This document shows positions 10,801-23,330 of a stretch of DNA of 50,231 nt, in pieces (positions within the stretch are counted from its first letter, which is position 1; each line of letters begins with the position of its first letter). The notes below the pieces were generated by a model, which did no database searches, was not told the DNA's origin, and saw nothing but the letters and a program-made list of their open reading frames with translations. Made by a program: the position numbers and the translations under genes. Origin of the DNA: Nemertoderma westbladi. Its lineage: Eukaryota > Animalia > Xenacoelomorpha. Location of the stretch: the NCBI GenBank assembly GCA_032718475.1, contig JAUCBJ010000892.1, positions 1-50,231 on the forward strand, in the 5' to 3' direction.

Positions 10801-12418
10801 ATGTATTTATGTAATTGTTTGTGAATACACTATTACGTAATCATTACACCAATACACTATTGATGTAATTGTATTTATATTATTTTGTATTAGTTATGTA
10901 TTTATACTGTATATGGTAATGATTTATTGTTTAGTGTATTATTATTTAGTATTATTAGTAATTATTTAATGTATTAGTTTAATTTGAACCACCATAATCT
11001 GTATCTAGTAAAGGTTAAAGTTTGATTTATTACTGGTTCTAGTCTGTGCGATTTTGGACAATAGATTTTTGTCAATAAATATATATATACTGTACAACTG
11101 CAAGAATCGAATGCAGGCGGAAATCTATTACTACAGCTACTGTGGATAGCGGGCCTGCAGGTATAGTATAGTACTGCAGGGTACATATACTACTTTAATA
11201 GAATGATATTGAATTTAATTGAAATCGTAGAGGGGGTTGAATTATGTTTTGGCAACATATAATTCAGTTCAGTGGTTCGGTTTCGGTATCAGATATATTT
11301 TGCTTTAGATAAACTTTTATAACTACAGTGAATATAAATTGCTGGAGTTTTCAATTTATTAACTAAACTCGATATCGAGTCTCGGACCAGCATGGTTACG
11401 AAATTCCAAAACATTATTTATTATTATTTACATTATTAGTTCTATACATCGAAGCGTAACATATAAAGCAGTAAAATTAATGTTTAACTTGAAATCGAAA
11501 TCAGTTTGCGACAAGGTTCTCATATTTGTAACCAAACACACTGATTTGAAACAACTAACACAGATTCGTAACCAGGTACTCAAGTGTAACTGGGAACCCA
11601 AAATCATAACCAGATACAATTCCCCCCAGTTGAAATGTTAAAATTAATCTGGCATCGAAGCAATAAACAAAGGTTAATTCATCTTAGAAGATCATATTAA
11701 AAAAAATTTTTAAATTATAAAAGAAACATTTTTATAGTCAAATTTTGATTGTTTTCTTTTTATTGGGGGCTGGCGCCCCCAAACCCCCGCTTTTCCCTGT
11801 GTGCCCGTGTTAAATACAGTACTTTAAAACCATTTTGCAATAAATTAATTCATGTTGTATCATCCATGACCTACTATAACCATACTGTTATAGTAGGTCA
11901 TGTATCATCAGATAACAATTTGACTAAGCCTAAAGTAGGAACTGAATTGAATGTTTACTAAATTATTATAAAAATTACTATAATATTATATAATTCAAAC
12001 AAAATCCTATTAAAAATATTGCAAGTAACCAGGAAATTTAATTAGTTTATCAATATGTAATGCTGAACACAGAATACATACAGGTCGACGCATGTTGATT
12101 TCCCCTGGAGAGGTATAATAGGGTTGCTCCGCAAAAAAATTGTTGGGCTAGAAACAATCGAATAAGGGGTAACAAGGTGCCCTGAATCGAGTGGCAGGGT
12201 TTTTTTTTTGTGATAATTGAAAGTACCGACATACTGACTAATGGGGCTTGGTGGTATATAAATATAATAAATGGGTAAACACTAAAGTCTTACACCCCTT
12301 AATCTAACAAAAAAACATAGGATCAGGACATTAAGCCCTAAATAAGTAAAAAATACAAGGAAACGGTCGAAATGGCGGGTTTAAGTAGGCAAGGGAAGCC
12401 AATTTTGAAAATCGGCTG

Positions 12419-12865
12419 TGATTTAATCACAATTAAAAAAATATATAATTTATCCAGCGTTAGTCATCAGCTTTCCAGCCATGCTTCTCCTTTGCAGCAC
12501 GGGGAGCTCCTCGATAGTGGCAAAGGATGCTAGCCCTTAAAAGGGCCGTTTTGGTTTGAGTTCAGTTTGATTATGCCACAGAATCACGACCCTCTCTAAA
12601 AGTAACATCTCTGATCCTGTCAACCATACGTTTTTCTTCAGAGTCATCGAAGATTGCACTGGAACTTGTCATTTTAATTACTTCTGTTAGGCCCAATTCA
12701 GTAAAATTACCAAAGAAACACTAATACCGGTAACTGAATACTGTAATATATTGCAATACAGCAAAAGTCAGGTAGTAATAATAACTGTTTAAACAGGGTT
12801 GCAACCTGCAAAGCTGATGCCTAACGCTGGATAAATTATATTTTTTTTTAATTGTGATTAAATCA
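12419..12865. mobile_element. Inverted-repeat element, probable deletion derivative of a DNA transposon
   Basis: About 55-bp inverted repeats (12419-12474 vs 12810-12865) enclosing a short minus-strand peptide remnant. Confidence 0.6.
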
Positions 12866-13816
12866 TAAATATTGAAATGTAAGATAGGTTTAAAGAATTG
12901 CCTATAAAATTTTTATACTTTTGTATTGGACCCTAAATTTTTGAATTCAAGCTCAGATTTAATTTCTCTTTCGAATTATATATTGCACTAAAGTACATGT
13001 CTGGCAGTTTTGTCTGGCCAGGGGGGGGGGGGGCAATCATTATGGAACACCCGGTACAAAGTTAAAACGGCCCAACCAACAACCGAAAACATTAAAAAGG
13101 TTCAGAAAGCTAAGGAAGATCTTAAATTGGCCTATAATACCAGCCAGGAGAAGGGTAGGTGAAAAACGCGGATCCGGATTCCAAAATTAGCAAAAAAAAG
13201 GGAAAGGAGCAGGTTACAGTGGTACGTTATTTTAACCAAACCAATAAACTAAAGTCAATAGAACATGTTATAGTTTTATTTTTGGGAGTTATAAAAATGT
13301 AAAAAAAATCGACTTCCGTAGGGACAATGTTAAATGTAGAATCCGGATCCGGATTATATTGAAATTTTATATATGACTGAATGGCAAAATTTTTGCTCAG
13401 TCCCAAACGCGACGGTCGTCGATAAAAAACAGTCTATCTCTAAAAGAACATGACATGCAGTTTTTATTCAACGTTGCAAATAAAAAGTTATCCTTTGCCT
13501 CACTTTTGGGTTCATTCTCGTCTATGGTGATGTTTATAAACGCCACGAACACCACTTCATGGGGACCTTACCAACCAACAAACCACGTGCTGTGTGTGGC
13601 ACTCTTTTTATACATGCCTACGGTGGCTGAATTATGCAGTATTGTACAGTATTGTATGCAGTAATGTACAGTATTACTTTCAGATATTTATTGGTCGACC
13701 ATAAATTATAATTTTTGGACCAATCATTGAAGAATGATGATTACAGGGAAATTTAACATCTATCAAAAATCATCAATTATCATTTTAGAATATACGTAGC
13801 AAAATATACACTAGAA

Positions 13817-14108
13817 CACTCCCCTTTAGGCTGAGATAACTCCCTTTAGGCTGAGATGACTCCCCTTAGGCTGAGATGACACCCCTAATTGAGTTATAAT
13901 TCATATCCGTACCTGTGTTATTTTCGTATATTGCAAAAATCAAACTGTAACTTATTGAGATATCGTTTATTGTTTTGGTTAGAAAAGCCCGCCATTGTAA
14001 CCTGTTCCTTTCCGTTAATTAAGAAATCTAGGGAGAAAACGGGGGAGTGTACTCAGCCTAGGCTGAGAAGACCAGAGAGTCATATTTGGTGGGGAGTTAT
14101 CTCAGCCT
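13817..14108. mobile_element. Small MITE-like element with about 20-bp tandem subterminal repeats
   Basis: ACTCCC(C)TTTAGGCTGAGAT x3 on the left, inverted GGGGAGT..CTCAGCCT copies on the right. Confidence 0.45.
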
Positions 14109-14962
14109 GTTGCTGTGACACCGGCACATTGTTTCACAGCGGCGCGGTGTCCTAGGCGAATCTGCCCCCCCGCGTGGAATGCCCTCCTCCCTATAGACTT
14201 ACAGTATAGTAATATTGTAGTAGGCCTAGCAAACCGTACAGCACTTTAACTTGGATTTATTTGTTTATTTTTTGGTTAGGGTTGTTAGTTGGTCGGAAGT
14301 GACTACTAGTTGGCCAGGCCCAAACCCTAATTAAAAATGTCGTGTAACCCTAACTCTAAGTCATGAGGCTATAAATATAAGAAATTCAGGGGAATGTTGG
14401 ACCTTGCCATAATGACCGAAATTCCACAAAATTAAATGAATTTCCACAAAGTGCCACAGCAAAGGCCACATCAAGGGGACACAATGAAATATTTACCATT
14501 TAGCAAGTATTTAGCATAACAAATTAAAAAAAAACTATATTTACAATATTTATTCACCCATCCCCCCACCCCATATCTTTCTTACCTATTAAAAATTTAA
14601 TTCAAAATTTGTTTTCCATTTCAATAAAACTACAAACTACCGTAAATATTTAGTTTGTCTGGGCCCGCACTACAGTTAGTCATGTACTGAGTCCTGCCTG
14701 ATGCTCACTTCAACCAATTCGCATCATTATTGAATTTCAAATTTCCCGCCCTAACAGCCTTTTACCCTGTTCCATACTTGTGCTGTAGTTGTTGGCTGTC
14801 CCATGTAGACCAGTACTGCAGTAGACGACCCTCCTACCCTACTGTGTCCTACACTACTACACACTAGTCATCTAGTACACACAGCCTACACCAGTGCACA
14901 CAGTCGATAACTCAGTAACTGTATAACTGCTGAACTGTACTGATTTGTAACTGATTAACAGA

Positions 14963-16789
14963 ATGGACACCGACAGTTCTTTGTGCACAATGCTCTACGA
15001 AAAATTTGAAACTGCTTTACGGCTATCTGAAGATACATTGCATGAAGATAGTGGGGATACAAATATTTTTGAATCGAAATACCAAGCGATAAACTTATTC
15101 AAACAATTAAAAGAAGACATAAATGAAATATGCGACTTCTCCAGTGTAAAGAAAATTATCTTATCTGCCGCCGTTGAATATTACATAGGAGTTCTACGAG
15201 TTGAAACTGAGGAAATATCTGAAGGAATAACTTCGTTACAGAAGTGCATCTCTCTACTCGAGAAATGCAGCGCGTCTGAATCTGAAGAGCTCGCTAAAGA
15301 TATAACATCTCTCTCGATAAAGACCCACAATGAACTCGGAATGGTGCGAACCTCATTGTCACAGAGGCGTAAATCGCTGAACGCATTTCTCCTCAGTAAG
15401 GCATTGCACGTCGATTACAAGAAGCGATTCGACGCCCCGCCCAGGTTAGTGCCTGATCTCTTCCGACCGGAGACACGCCAGTCGACGATAGAGGCGAGAT
15501 ACACGAATCTCGAGTCCACCTACACGCACACGCTTTTCTACATCGCGCAGGCGTACAAACATATGGGAAATGCGGCTATGTCGGCTACCTACTGCCACGC
15601 CACTATCCGCAGACAGCTGGACAGCGGCAGTTACGATCCCGTGGAATGGAGCATCAACTGCGCGACGCTGTCGCAGTTCTACGTGGAGGCGGCGGGGAAG
15701 GCGAGGCATTGTCTGGCTGCGGCCTCGGTTGTGTTCGCTACAGCCACCCCACCCGAAAGCGAGGAGGAGGAAGAGAGTGAGCGTTACGAACGCTCACGAG
15801 CCGATATCAGTTGGTGTTGGGTAAAATACTGCCTTAATCTGCTGCAGAGATCCAAAGACACCGCGGATAACGTGGTGAACAACGCAGAAGATTTGGTGAG
15901 CACCTCGGATAGTGTTGTATCCGACGATGAGGACGAAGAGATTGATAACGAAGACAGTAGCGACGTTGCGGCCTTGGCGAAGGAGACATTCAGAGGACTG
16001 GAACTCACCCAGTACGAGGAGGCAGTTGGCGATGTTCTAGTGGCGGACGTCGATGCCGCTAGAGAAGTATTCCGCTTTGCCGCCAAACAGATAGAGGAAG
16101 TTAAGCGTTACTACGTGCTCGACGGTTTCGCAGCCGACTTTCTCGACATCATTCGGGACCACAGCAAACTCTACCAACTCCTCGTCTACTTCGAGGTGGA
16201 CCTCAGTCGACGCTGCAAACTCCACAAACGGCGCATTGGACTCATCAGCGACGTCCTCAACCAACTCAACGCTAAGTTCTTCCTCGACGATTGCCGACAA
16301 CTATCCTACGAGTTGGCTGAGACTTACAATGAGATGATAAGTCTAAAGTGCGAGATTGCTTCCACACAGAACGAACCCTCTCACAATGAAGCCTCAATCA
16401 GCTGTTCATCTAACAGCGAATCATCCACGCCGGTACCCACACTCCACCAGACCAATAAGATCAACCAACTCGCCACCAAGGGCATCAAGTGCTTCTCACA
16501 GTTCATCAACTTCCTCAAGGATAACTCAGGGAAACTTCCAAGCAAGTTCGACGCATTCTACGAACGACCAGCCATGGTCGCTTACCTGTGTATGGGTCGA
16601 CTTTACTCAAAAATAAACACACATGATATATCCGAGAGGCTGGGAAACCTACAGCACAGCGTGGAATGCTACAAGGCAGTGGTCGAGTACTGCTCCAAGC
16701 ACCAGTCAGCCAAATCGAGTTGCGCTCAGGAGTTCGAGATTTGTAGCGAAATGGTTGATCTATTGCCCTTGACAATGGACCGCATATAA
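14963..16789 (+). CDS. KIFBP: KIF-binding protein (KBP/KIAA1279 family), single exon, 608 aa
   Basis: YTHTLFYIAQAYKH..SATYCHATIRRQL..DPVEWSINCATLSQFY, RRCKLHKRRI, RQLSYELAETYNEM and C-terminal EICSEMVDLLP match KBP; AATAAA at 16896-16901. Confidence 0.95.
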   Translation: MDTDSSLCTMLYEKFETALRLSEDTLHEDSGDTNIFESKYQAINLFKQLKEDINEICDFSSVKKIILSAAVEYYIGVLRVETEEISEGITSLQKCISLLEKCSASESEELAKDITSLSIKTHNELGMVRTSLSQRRKSLNAFLLSKALHVDYKKRFDAPPRLVPDLFRPETRQSTIEARYTNLESTYTHTLFYIAQAYKHMGNAAMSATYCHATIRRQLDSGSYDPVEWSINCATLSQFYVEAAGKARHCLAAASVVFATATPPESEEEEESERYERSRADISWCWVKYCLNLLQRSKDTADNVVNNAEDLVSTSDSVVSDDEDEEIDNEDSSDVAALAKETFRGLELTQYEEAVGDVLVADVDAAREVFRFAAKQIEEVKRYYVLDGFAADFLDIIRDHSKLYQLLVYFEVDLSRRCKLHKRRIGLISDVLNQLNAKFFLDDCRQLSYELAETYNEMISLKCEIASTQNEPSHNEASISCSSNSESSTPVPTLHQTNKINQLATKGIKCFSQFINFLKDNSGKLPSKFDAFYERPAMVAYLCMGRLYSKINTHDISERLGNLQHSVECYKAVVEYCSKHQSAKSSCAQEFEICSEMVDLLPLTMDRI

Positions 16790-18012
16790 TGCAATGCCCA
16801 CACAATCACAGACACAACTCATCTATAGCCTCTTTTTACTTTTAAACTAAATTCATTTTATATGCCATAGTTATTTTACCAATTTGTTTTCTTTTAATAA
16901 AAATAACCTTTCCAAAAATATCGACTTCTTGATTCTTTGTAGAAATATTGGAATGTGGGGAGGGGGGGGGGGGGGGGCTTCCGGGTTGTTTAGCTGAACT
17001 CGCTATATGCAGGCCTCCCAGAGTTTCCTTTTTTGTAGAACGTTTCCTTTTTTTACCTCTTTTTTTTTAGAACCTTTCCTTTTTTCCCTCCATTTTCACA
17101 CATTTTTTTCCTTTTTTTTTGGTTCAGAAGATCAGCTTCAGCTTTCTGTTGATATTGACAAGGTTATAAAAGAGATTGACGGGCATATGCAGATGTTTAT
17201 TTTGAATATGTTTATTTTGATAAATATCACGAGATAAGTTACCATAAAAATGTAGCAGTGGAGGTGACTTTACTATATTTATTTTCTGAGGCGCGGACAT
17301 ATTATAATTTATATAAAGCCCGCCTTGGTGAATTAACAGTGTTGAATTTCAATTTAGGGAAAGGAACAGGCTGCAGTGGCAGTCTATTCTAACCAAAACA
17401 ATAATAAGAAAGCCCATTCATTACATGGTTACAGTTTCATTTTTGCTCATAATCAGCTGGTATTTGCATCCGTTTTCCACTGAAGATGGTTGAATTTTGA
17501 TTGCGTCTAAAAAGCATTTTTGTTATTTATATTTTATATAAATGTAGCCACGACCGGAAATCCGTACCAAAGTTTTTATATCACTTTCAAAATAAAGTTA
17601 TATTTACAATCGTTTTATAAACCTCTATCAATAACCATCAATCGGCCGAGCTCAACCCACTCTGATAACAAGGCAAAAAAAGTGAAAATTTCATAATTGT
17701 TTTTAAACTGTTCTTATTTCATTGATATGTTGATTTATAATAATTATATTGCCATTGCCGTGGTCGTTCTCTTTCTTTGTTTCTACTTTTTAAATTATTT
17801 GGATCTCTTCCTGTCATTTAATACGATGTTTCTTAATAGGCTTTTAGGTTAATGAAATATAATTTTTACTATCCTTTTTTAAAGATAATATCAATTCAGT
17901 TTTTCCCTTTTTTTGAACTGCATCCTATCCCTTTTTTCCTTTTTAGAAAATATAAATTCCTTTTTTCCTTTTTTTCATCGATTTTTTTGGCCCTAGAGGG
18001 CTGTATGATGAG

Positions 18013-18238
18013 GGGTGAGTACAAAACAAAGACCAAAGACACAAGACCTGTACAAAAAACATGTGTTACTTTCGTTTATTGTTTTGGTTCCCCCAACACG
18101 CCTCTGTAACCTACTCCCTTACTAACCTGCTCCTTTAAATGGCATTGGGACCCAGCGCACTTTGGGACCTAACGCGACTTTACCTCTTTGTTTTGTACAG
18201 AGGGTATTGGGTCACTGGTCTTTGTTTTGTACTCACTC
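18013..18238. mobile_element. Shorter copy of the Mutator-like MITE family found at 37595-37936
   Basis: Same termini GGGTGAGTACAAAACAAAGACC / GGTCTTTGTTTTGTACTCAC and shared internal sequence; no TSD visible. Confidence 0.8.
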
Positions 18239-18410
18239 AAAATTAGTTATCATGAACTCATACCGGGTGTATGTCAAACATTCAACATGGGTGGGCTTGG
18301 GGGACGTTAATAATTATTAATCCTCCATTCCTTGGATGCTGAAGTTCTTCAAATTTTATTAATGGTCAGGGAAATAAGAGGAGAGATTCGTGCCATAGTT
18401 GACCACTCAC

Positions 18411-18628
18411 CTGGTCTTCTAGGTGCAGATCCATACTACTTCTAATCTTCGGATCAATAATGTAATTGTATGGGCAAATAATCAGATCGGCGTCCTTCAT
18501 GAGATCTCGTTGGGCAAAGTAAGGGCACGCAACTATTCTCTTTCCAACCTTTATGAGGTCTTCTAGATCCCAAGCTGTTCGGATACCGTACTGGTAAAGT
18601 TGGTTTTGGTGTTTAATCTTCGTAACAC
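18411..18628 (-). CDS. BRIP1: FANCJ/BRIP1 helicase exon (GVTKIKHQNQ...AWDLEDLIKVGKRIVACPYFAQRDLMKDADLIICPYNYIIDPKIRSSMDLHLEDQ)
   Basis: 218-nt open exon, ttacag acceptor, GTGAGT donor; WDxExL, ACPY and CPYNY motifs of XPD-family helicases, closest to FANCJ as recalled. Confidence 0.9.
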
Positions 18629-18940
18629 CTGTAACGCCAAATTGGGTTGTAAGAAAATTGAAAATATCAAAATTGAAAATTAGTCAAATGATCCTCTTAG
18701 ACTCGGGTAATAGTTCATTCAACAAGGATGTCCGCAGTTCGATCCCACCTCACAGAGGGCCCTGTTCAAAGGAAAAGGTATTGAACTTTGTTTTCCTTTA
18801 CATACACATATAAATTAATTCCACTTCCTACAATTACTAAATAATTTTAGGGATTGTATTAATGATGCAGGTACTGCTTTTATATGTTTTTATAAATTTG
18901 TATACATACTAACATATTTAACATTTAACAGCGTTAACTA

Positions 18941-20841
18941 CTACTACTACTACTACTAGGATCGGCATGCTGCATTGCAGCTGCATTTTTAAGAATGCTG
19001 TGCCGGCTTATCGACAAAATTGCACCGCCACAACTCCCTATCACCCATGACATTTGCTAGATCATCCGCATCTTCAAGGCCAGTGTCCTTAAAGATGCGT
19101 CTCAAGAAAGTCATGGGCTGTCCAACATGCTTATTCACTCCATGAGGCTGCCAAAGTACAAGATTATGCACTGGCTGGTCCTCACGGTGAAAGCAATGTC
19201 CTGCAAAGCGGAGGCGATTTTGTTCTAGTGTCAAGCTTGGGGGAACCAATGAGACACCTCCAATGTTATATAGTGTCTGGTTGGAGATGTGTGCATTGAA
19301 CTTGACACAATGAACCCGGCGTAGCATTCTTGTGAATGTGCCATCCAGAGATTTGGTGTCCTCAGCAGTTAGAGCCCAGCATGGACTCCCATAGAGGAGT
19401 ACTGGAACTACTGCTGCTCTAAATAACCGGACCTTAAGTTTCCGATTAATTCTCGGTGACTTCCAAATCCTGGAAAGCCTATTCAAGGCTGCCCATGCCT
19501 TTCCCTTACGTATTCGAAGGTCCTCACCTGACTTCCGGATCCATGATCCCAGGTTATAGAAGTCATCCACATGCTCAAGCATACCATCTTTTGAGCTTAT
19601 GCTCATCCGATCAGAGACTTGCTGAGGACTTTCGAAGTTAACTGTCAAAATTTTGGTCTTTCTGGAGTTAATAAAAAGACCAACACTAGAAGCAGCATTT
19701 TCTAAATGAGCTGAGGAGCCGTTGGGCTCCCTCTAGTGATTCTGAGAGTACTCCTAAGTCAACAGCAAAGTCTAGATCAGTTAGGTACTTGGCAGGATTT
19801 CCTCGACTTCTGGAGCCAGTAGGTGGAGTTATCATCACCCCATTATCATTATGATGATCTAAGGACATGCGTAGAACATAGTCAACAACAATTATGAACA
19901 AGAATGGTGCAAGTGTGTCTCCCTGGAGGACGCCCCATAACACTTCAAATGGTTCTGTGTCACCGTCAACAGAGATAAAATCCTGAAGATGGACGGAATT
20001 TCGGTTAACACTATTGCTATAGACCCAGGGCAATGTAGGTGATTGATGCAGACTTGCATTAAAGTCTCCCAGGAATGTTAAGAATGCATGCTGATCCACT
20101 CCATCAGTACCTGCTTGTAGATTCTGGTAGAAATTTTCCACCTCCACTACAGGGGCAACACTAGTTGGAGAGTAGCACACAATCAGAACCACCTTAGGAA
20201 ACTTCTTAGCCAGTCTTCCAGAACATGAGAAGTGGCAACGGATGATGCGGTTAGAGATTTGGTCATTTTGTCCAATGCTGCATGTGCAGTTGGATTCATC
20301 AATAGACCAATTCCACCATTGCCACTATCATCTGCTGAAGCGAGGGCGAGTCGCCAACCGCCCCCCATGTCCTTAATCAGAACCTCATCAGTCTGTCCAG
20401 TCTGCATTCGGTGCTCTTGAACACCCACTGCACTAAGAGAAAGCTTATCTGCCAAGGCAGTCAGCTCACCTTGTCGCATTGGGGACCCGAGTGTTAGGGT
20501 GTTTACTGAGGCTAGTCTAGTGACTTGCCTCAGATTCACCAATGGCATTGTTGGTCGGGGTGTGACATGAGAGTAGCCTCCAACTCCAGAATCCCTCTCC
20601 CCCTCACAATCTGGCCTCCCCGGTGACCCAGGATTTGGTCCAGAAAGGTCATCAGGAAAGGGACTCAAAGAATTGTTTGCCGCTCTCTCTCCAGTAGGGT
20701 GTGAGACAGGCAGCCGGTCAGGCGATAACTGATGCCTGTGAGGCCAATTGTGTCCAGTCATTCCACTGGCCTCTAGTGGCTGGATTACTAATGTAATCCA
20801 TAGTGGGGGTTGGGGGGTGCTTTTTTGCCGAGCGTTTTTTG
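18941..20841 (-). mobile_element. RTE-clade LINE copy with both ends but a large internal deletion and frameshifts
   Basis: 13-bp TSD ACAGCGTTAACTA (18928-18940, 20842-20854), (TAG)n tail, APE motifs (GVQEHR, GGIG, YSPT, GDFNA) fused directly to RT GVLQGDTLAPFLF; lies in the intron between the two FANCJ exons. Confidence 0.9.
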
Positions 20842-21288
20842 ACAGCGTTAACTAGTTACTTATTAAACTACACTGACGGGTAAAATGGACATACGGTGAA
20901 ATTAACTTTTACTTAATTTTAACTTAATATTAACTTAATGTTTATAAATGTGTGGTGAACGTCCCTTAACCCCGAACGTAACGGTTAACAATTTACTATT
21001 GAGAGTCCCGAAACAAAATTTCCTTCATACATTTTCGGAAATGTCGGGTTTTACAGATATTTAGTTTATTGCTGCAATTTTTAGAATAAAAAGGCTGAAA
21101 TATAAAGTGATCAAACACAATTAGTGTATTAATTCCCTAAATTATGTAGAAGCAGCTGTTCAATAATAGTTCTAACTTAAATTTGACAATATAACTTTGT
21201 TCTTCGTTCTATAATAGAAATTAGTCCAACGTGATACACAATATAAATTTGTTCCATATTCTAGAATATAATAACTTGTTCCTCATAC

Positions 21289-21478
21289 CTTGATAGAAGG
21301 CACATCCCGCACCCTCCTGCTGCCTCACACGTGGATCAATAAGTTCCTTACAACGTTCATTTTTATTGCTGTTACTGGATACCTCTGGGTGGATACACGA
21401 GTGCTCTCTGCTAGATAGCACACACATCCTAGCATCATGGTATTGAGTCTTCCTTAACTCCTTAGAGATTTGAGATAC
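21289..21478 (-). CDS. BRIP1: FANCJ/BRIP1 helicase exon (VSQISKELRKTQYHDARMCVLSSREHSCIHPEVSSNSNKNERCKELID...GCAFYQ)
   Basis: 190-nt exon, ttacag acceptor and AAG|GTATGA donor, phase 1 compatible with 18628; aligns by eye with FANCJ IAQITRELRRT..ILSSRDHTCVHPEV..NEKCMEL. Confidence 0.9.
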
Positions 21479-21977
21479 CTGTAATATATTAATAGACTAC
21501 TATTTAAAGGACTCATATAATTTTGAGTAAGTGGGAAATGTTTCCAAAAACCTTGGGTGAATGATATTGACCATAACAGCCTAGAAAGTTAACCCAGAGT
21601 GGGTATGATATGATACAGTATGTTCAATAGATCGAAGTATAGGTTTTACGAAAAGTACAAAGGTTTTATTTTCAGTCAACGTAAAATACGCCGTGAAATC
21701 ATGCTGAGGTAGGCCTAACATTAAGTCATTAATCACATATGAAGACAGCACAATATAAATAAGTCGTTACCGGTACCGTACCACGGACGGGACCCGGGAC
21801 CGGTGTCACTCATACTGTCGCATGCCTACACCTACTGGAGGCCGCAGACACCACACGCTACATAGGCTGATATCGGTACCGTTATGGTATAATATACAAT
21901 TTATAATTAATAAAACAACATAAAGTACCTGTATTTTTCACTTTCATATTTCGTTTCAAATTTCACTCACTCCCTTA

Positions 21978-22880
21978 CACCATGTCCCAGAATATAGTGT
22001 CGTAATTGAGTGACCCCCCCCCCCCCCCCCCCCTAATTTTTTTACAAATCGTAATGAGATTGCATGAAATTTGAAACAGAGATATTTTCACATCCCGACC
22101 ACTGACTGGGTGAGTCAGAATTTTTATTTGCTTTTAATCTTTAGCTACAAGCGTTTAAAAAAAGTGTCTCCAGCGATATTACACCAGTTACACCGCTGTT
22201 ATTCTTCAACCTTATAGTGATTTGTTGGTACTGATAGAAAGCTGACCGTACGAGGATTCCTAATATGTAACACAATTTGAATTTCGTTGAAAAATAGCGG
22301 AGATAAGGGCGTTCAAATTTTGCATGGTTTTGCATTATAATCTGGAATATTTTGTTTATCCAACTGTCCCAATACGTAGCTGGGCAACAATCTTTAATTT
22401 CATTTTAATAATTTCAATTTTAATTTTAATATCTTTAATCATACTATTAAGTAGCTATTCATACATTTAGAAAATGTTCCAGAACATGGTTTATTTATTA
22501 AATATAATATAATAACCTCGCGCCGGTGCAAAACCATGGAACATTTGAACGCTCATATCTCAGCTATTTTTCAACGAAATTCAAATTGTGTTACATATTT
22601 AGAATCCTTGCATGACCAGCTTTCCATTGGTACCAACAAACAGCTATAAGGTAGAAGAATAACTGCGGTGTAACTGGTGTAATATCGCTGGAGACTCTTT
22701 TTTTAAACGCTTGTAGCTAAAGATTGAAAGCAAAAATAAAAATTCTGGCTCACCCAGTCAGTGGTCGGGAGGTGAAACTATCTGTGTCAAATTTCATGCA
22801 ATCTCATTAAGATTTGTAGAAAAATTAGGGGGGGGGGGGGGGTGTCACTGAATTACGACACTATATTCCGGGACATGGTG
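21978..22880. mobile_element. Tc1/mariner-type MITE with long (about 350-bp) TIRs
   Basis: TA|CACCATGTCCC...GGGACATGGTG|TA, arms inverted over several hundred bases; related partial copy at about 27056-27460. Confidence 0.85.
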
Positions 22881-23169
22881 TACGCTCGTTTGTGGAAATA
22901 TTACCACTCAAGGCGGCATTAAATACACTGCTACTTTATTTATATCTAAAATGCATGAACGCCGAGGCGAACAACTTGAAAATCCACCGAAAGCATTTCA
23001 CCTAACATGTAATCAGGAAGACCGTGACACAGTGATGGATCCCGAGGTCTGGCAAGAGGGCATAGTCATACGCAATTACCGTTTGAACGATGAGGAACGA
23101 GCAGCCCTTAACTTACGACCACGACGCAGAAATAACCATTGGGGCGTTTGACTTGATGCCAATATAATT

Positions 23170-23330
23170 CCAACACCCCCTCCAGTAACCCCAATTGTCT
23201 CAACCCCAATTGTCCCAACACCCACTCCAGCAACCCCAATTGTCCCAACACCACCTCCAGTAACCCCTATTGCCCCAACACCGTCTCCAGTAACCCTTAA
23301 TGCCCCAAACCGCCCTCCAGTAACCCAAAC
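23170..23330 (+). repeat. 30-bp tandem repeat encoding Pro/Thr-rich units (PVTPIVPTPP-like)
   Basis: CCAGTAACCCCAATTGTCCCAACACC-like units, about five copies, in frame with ORF2. Confidence 0.75.

Noticed and set aside
14274-14360. Telomere-like TTAGGG/CCCTAA words
   Set aside because: Only a few scattered copies, not an array.
15446-16805. Antisense and alternate-frame ORFs over KIFBP
   Set aside because: Shadow ORFs of a GC-rich CDS with no recognisable motifs.
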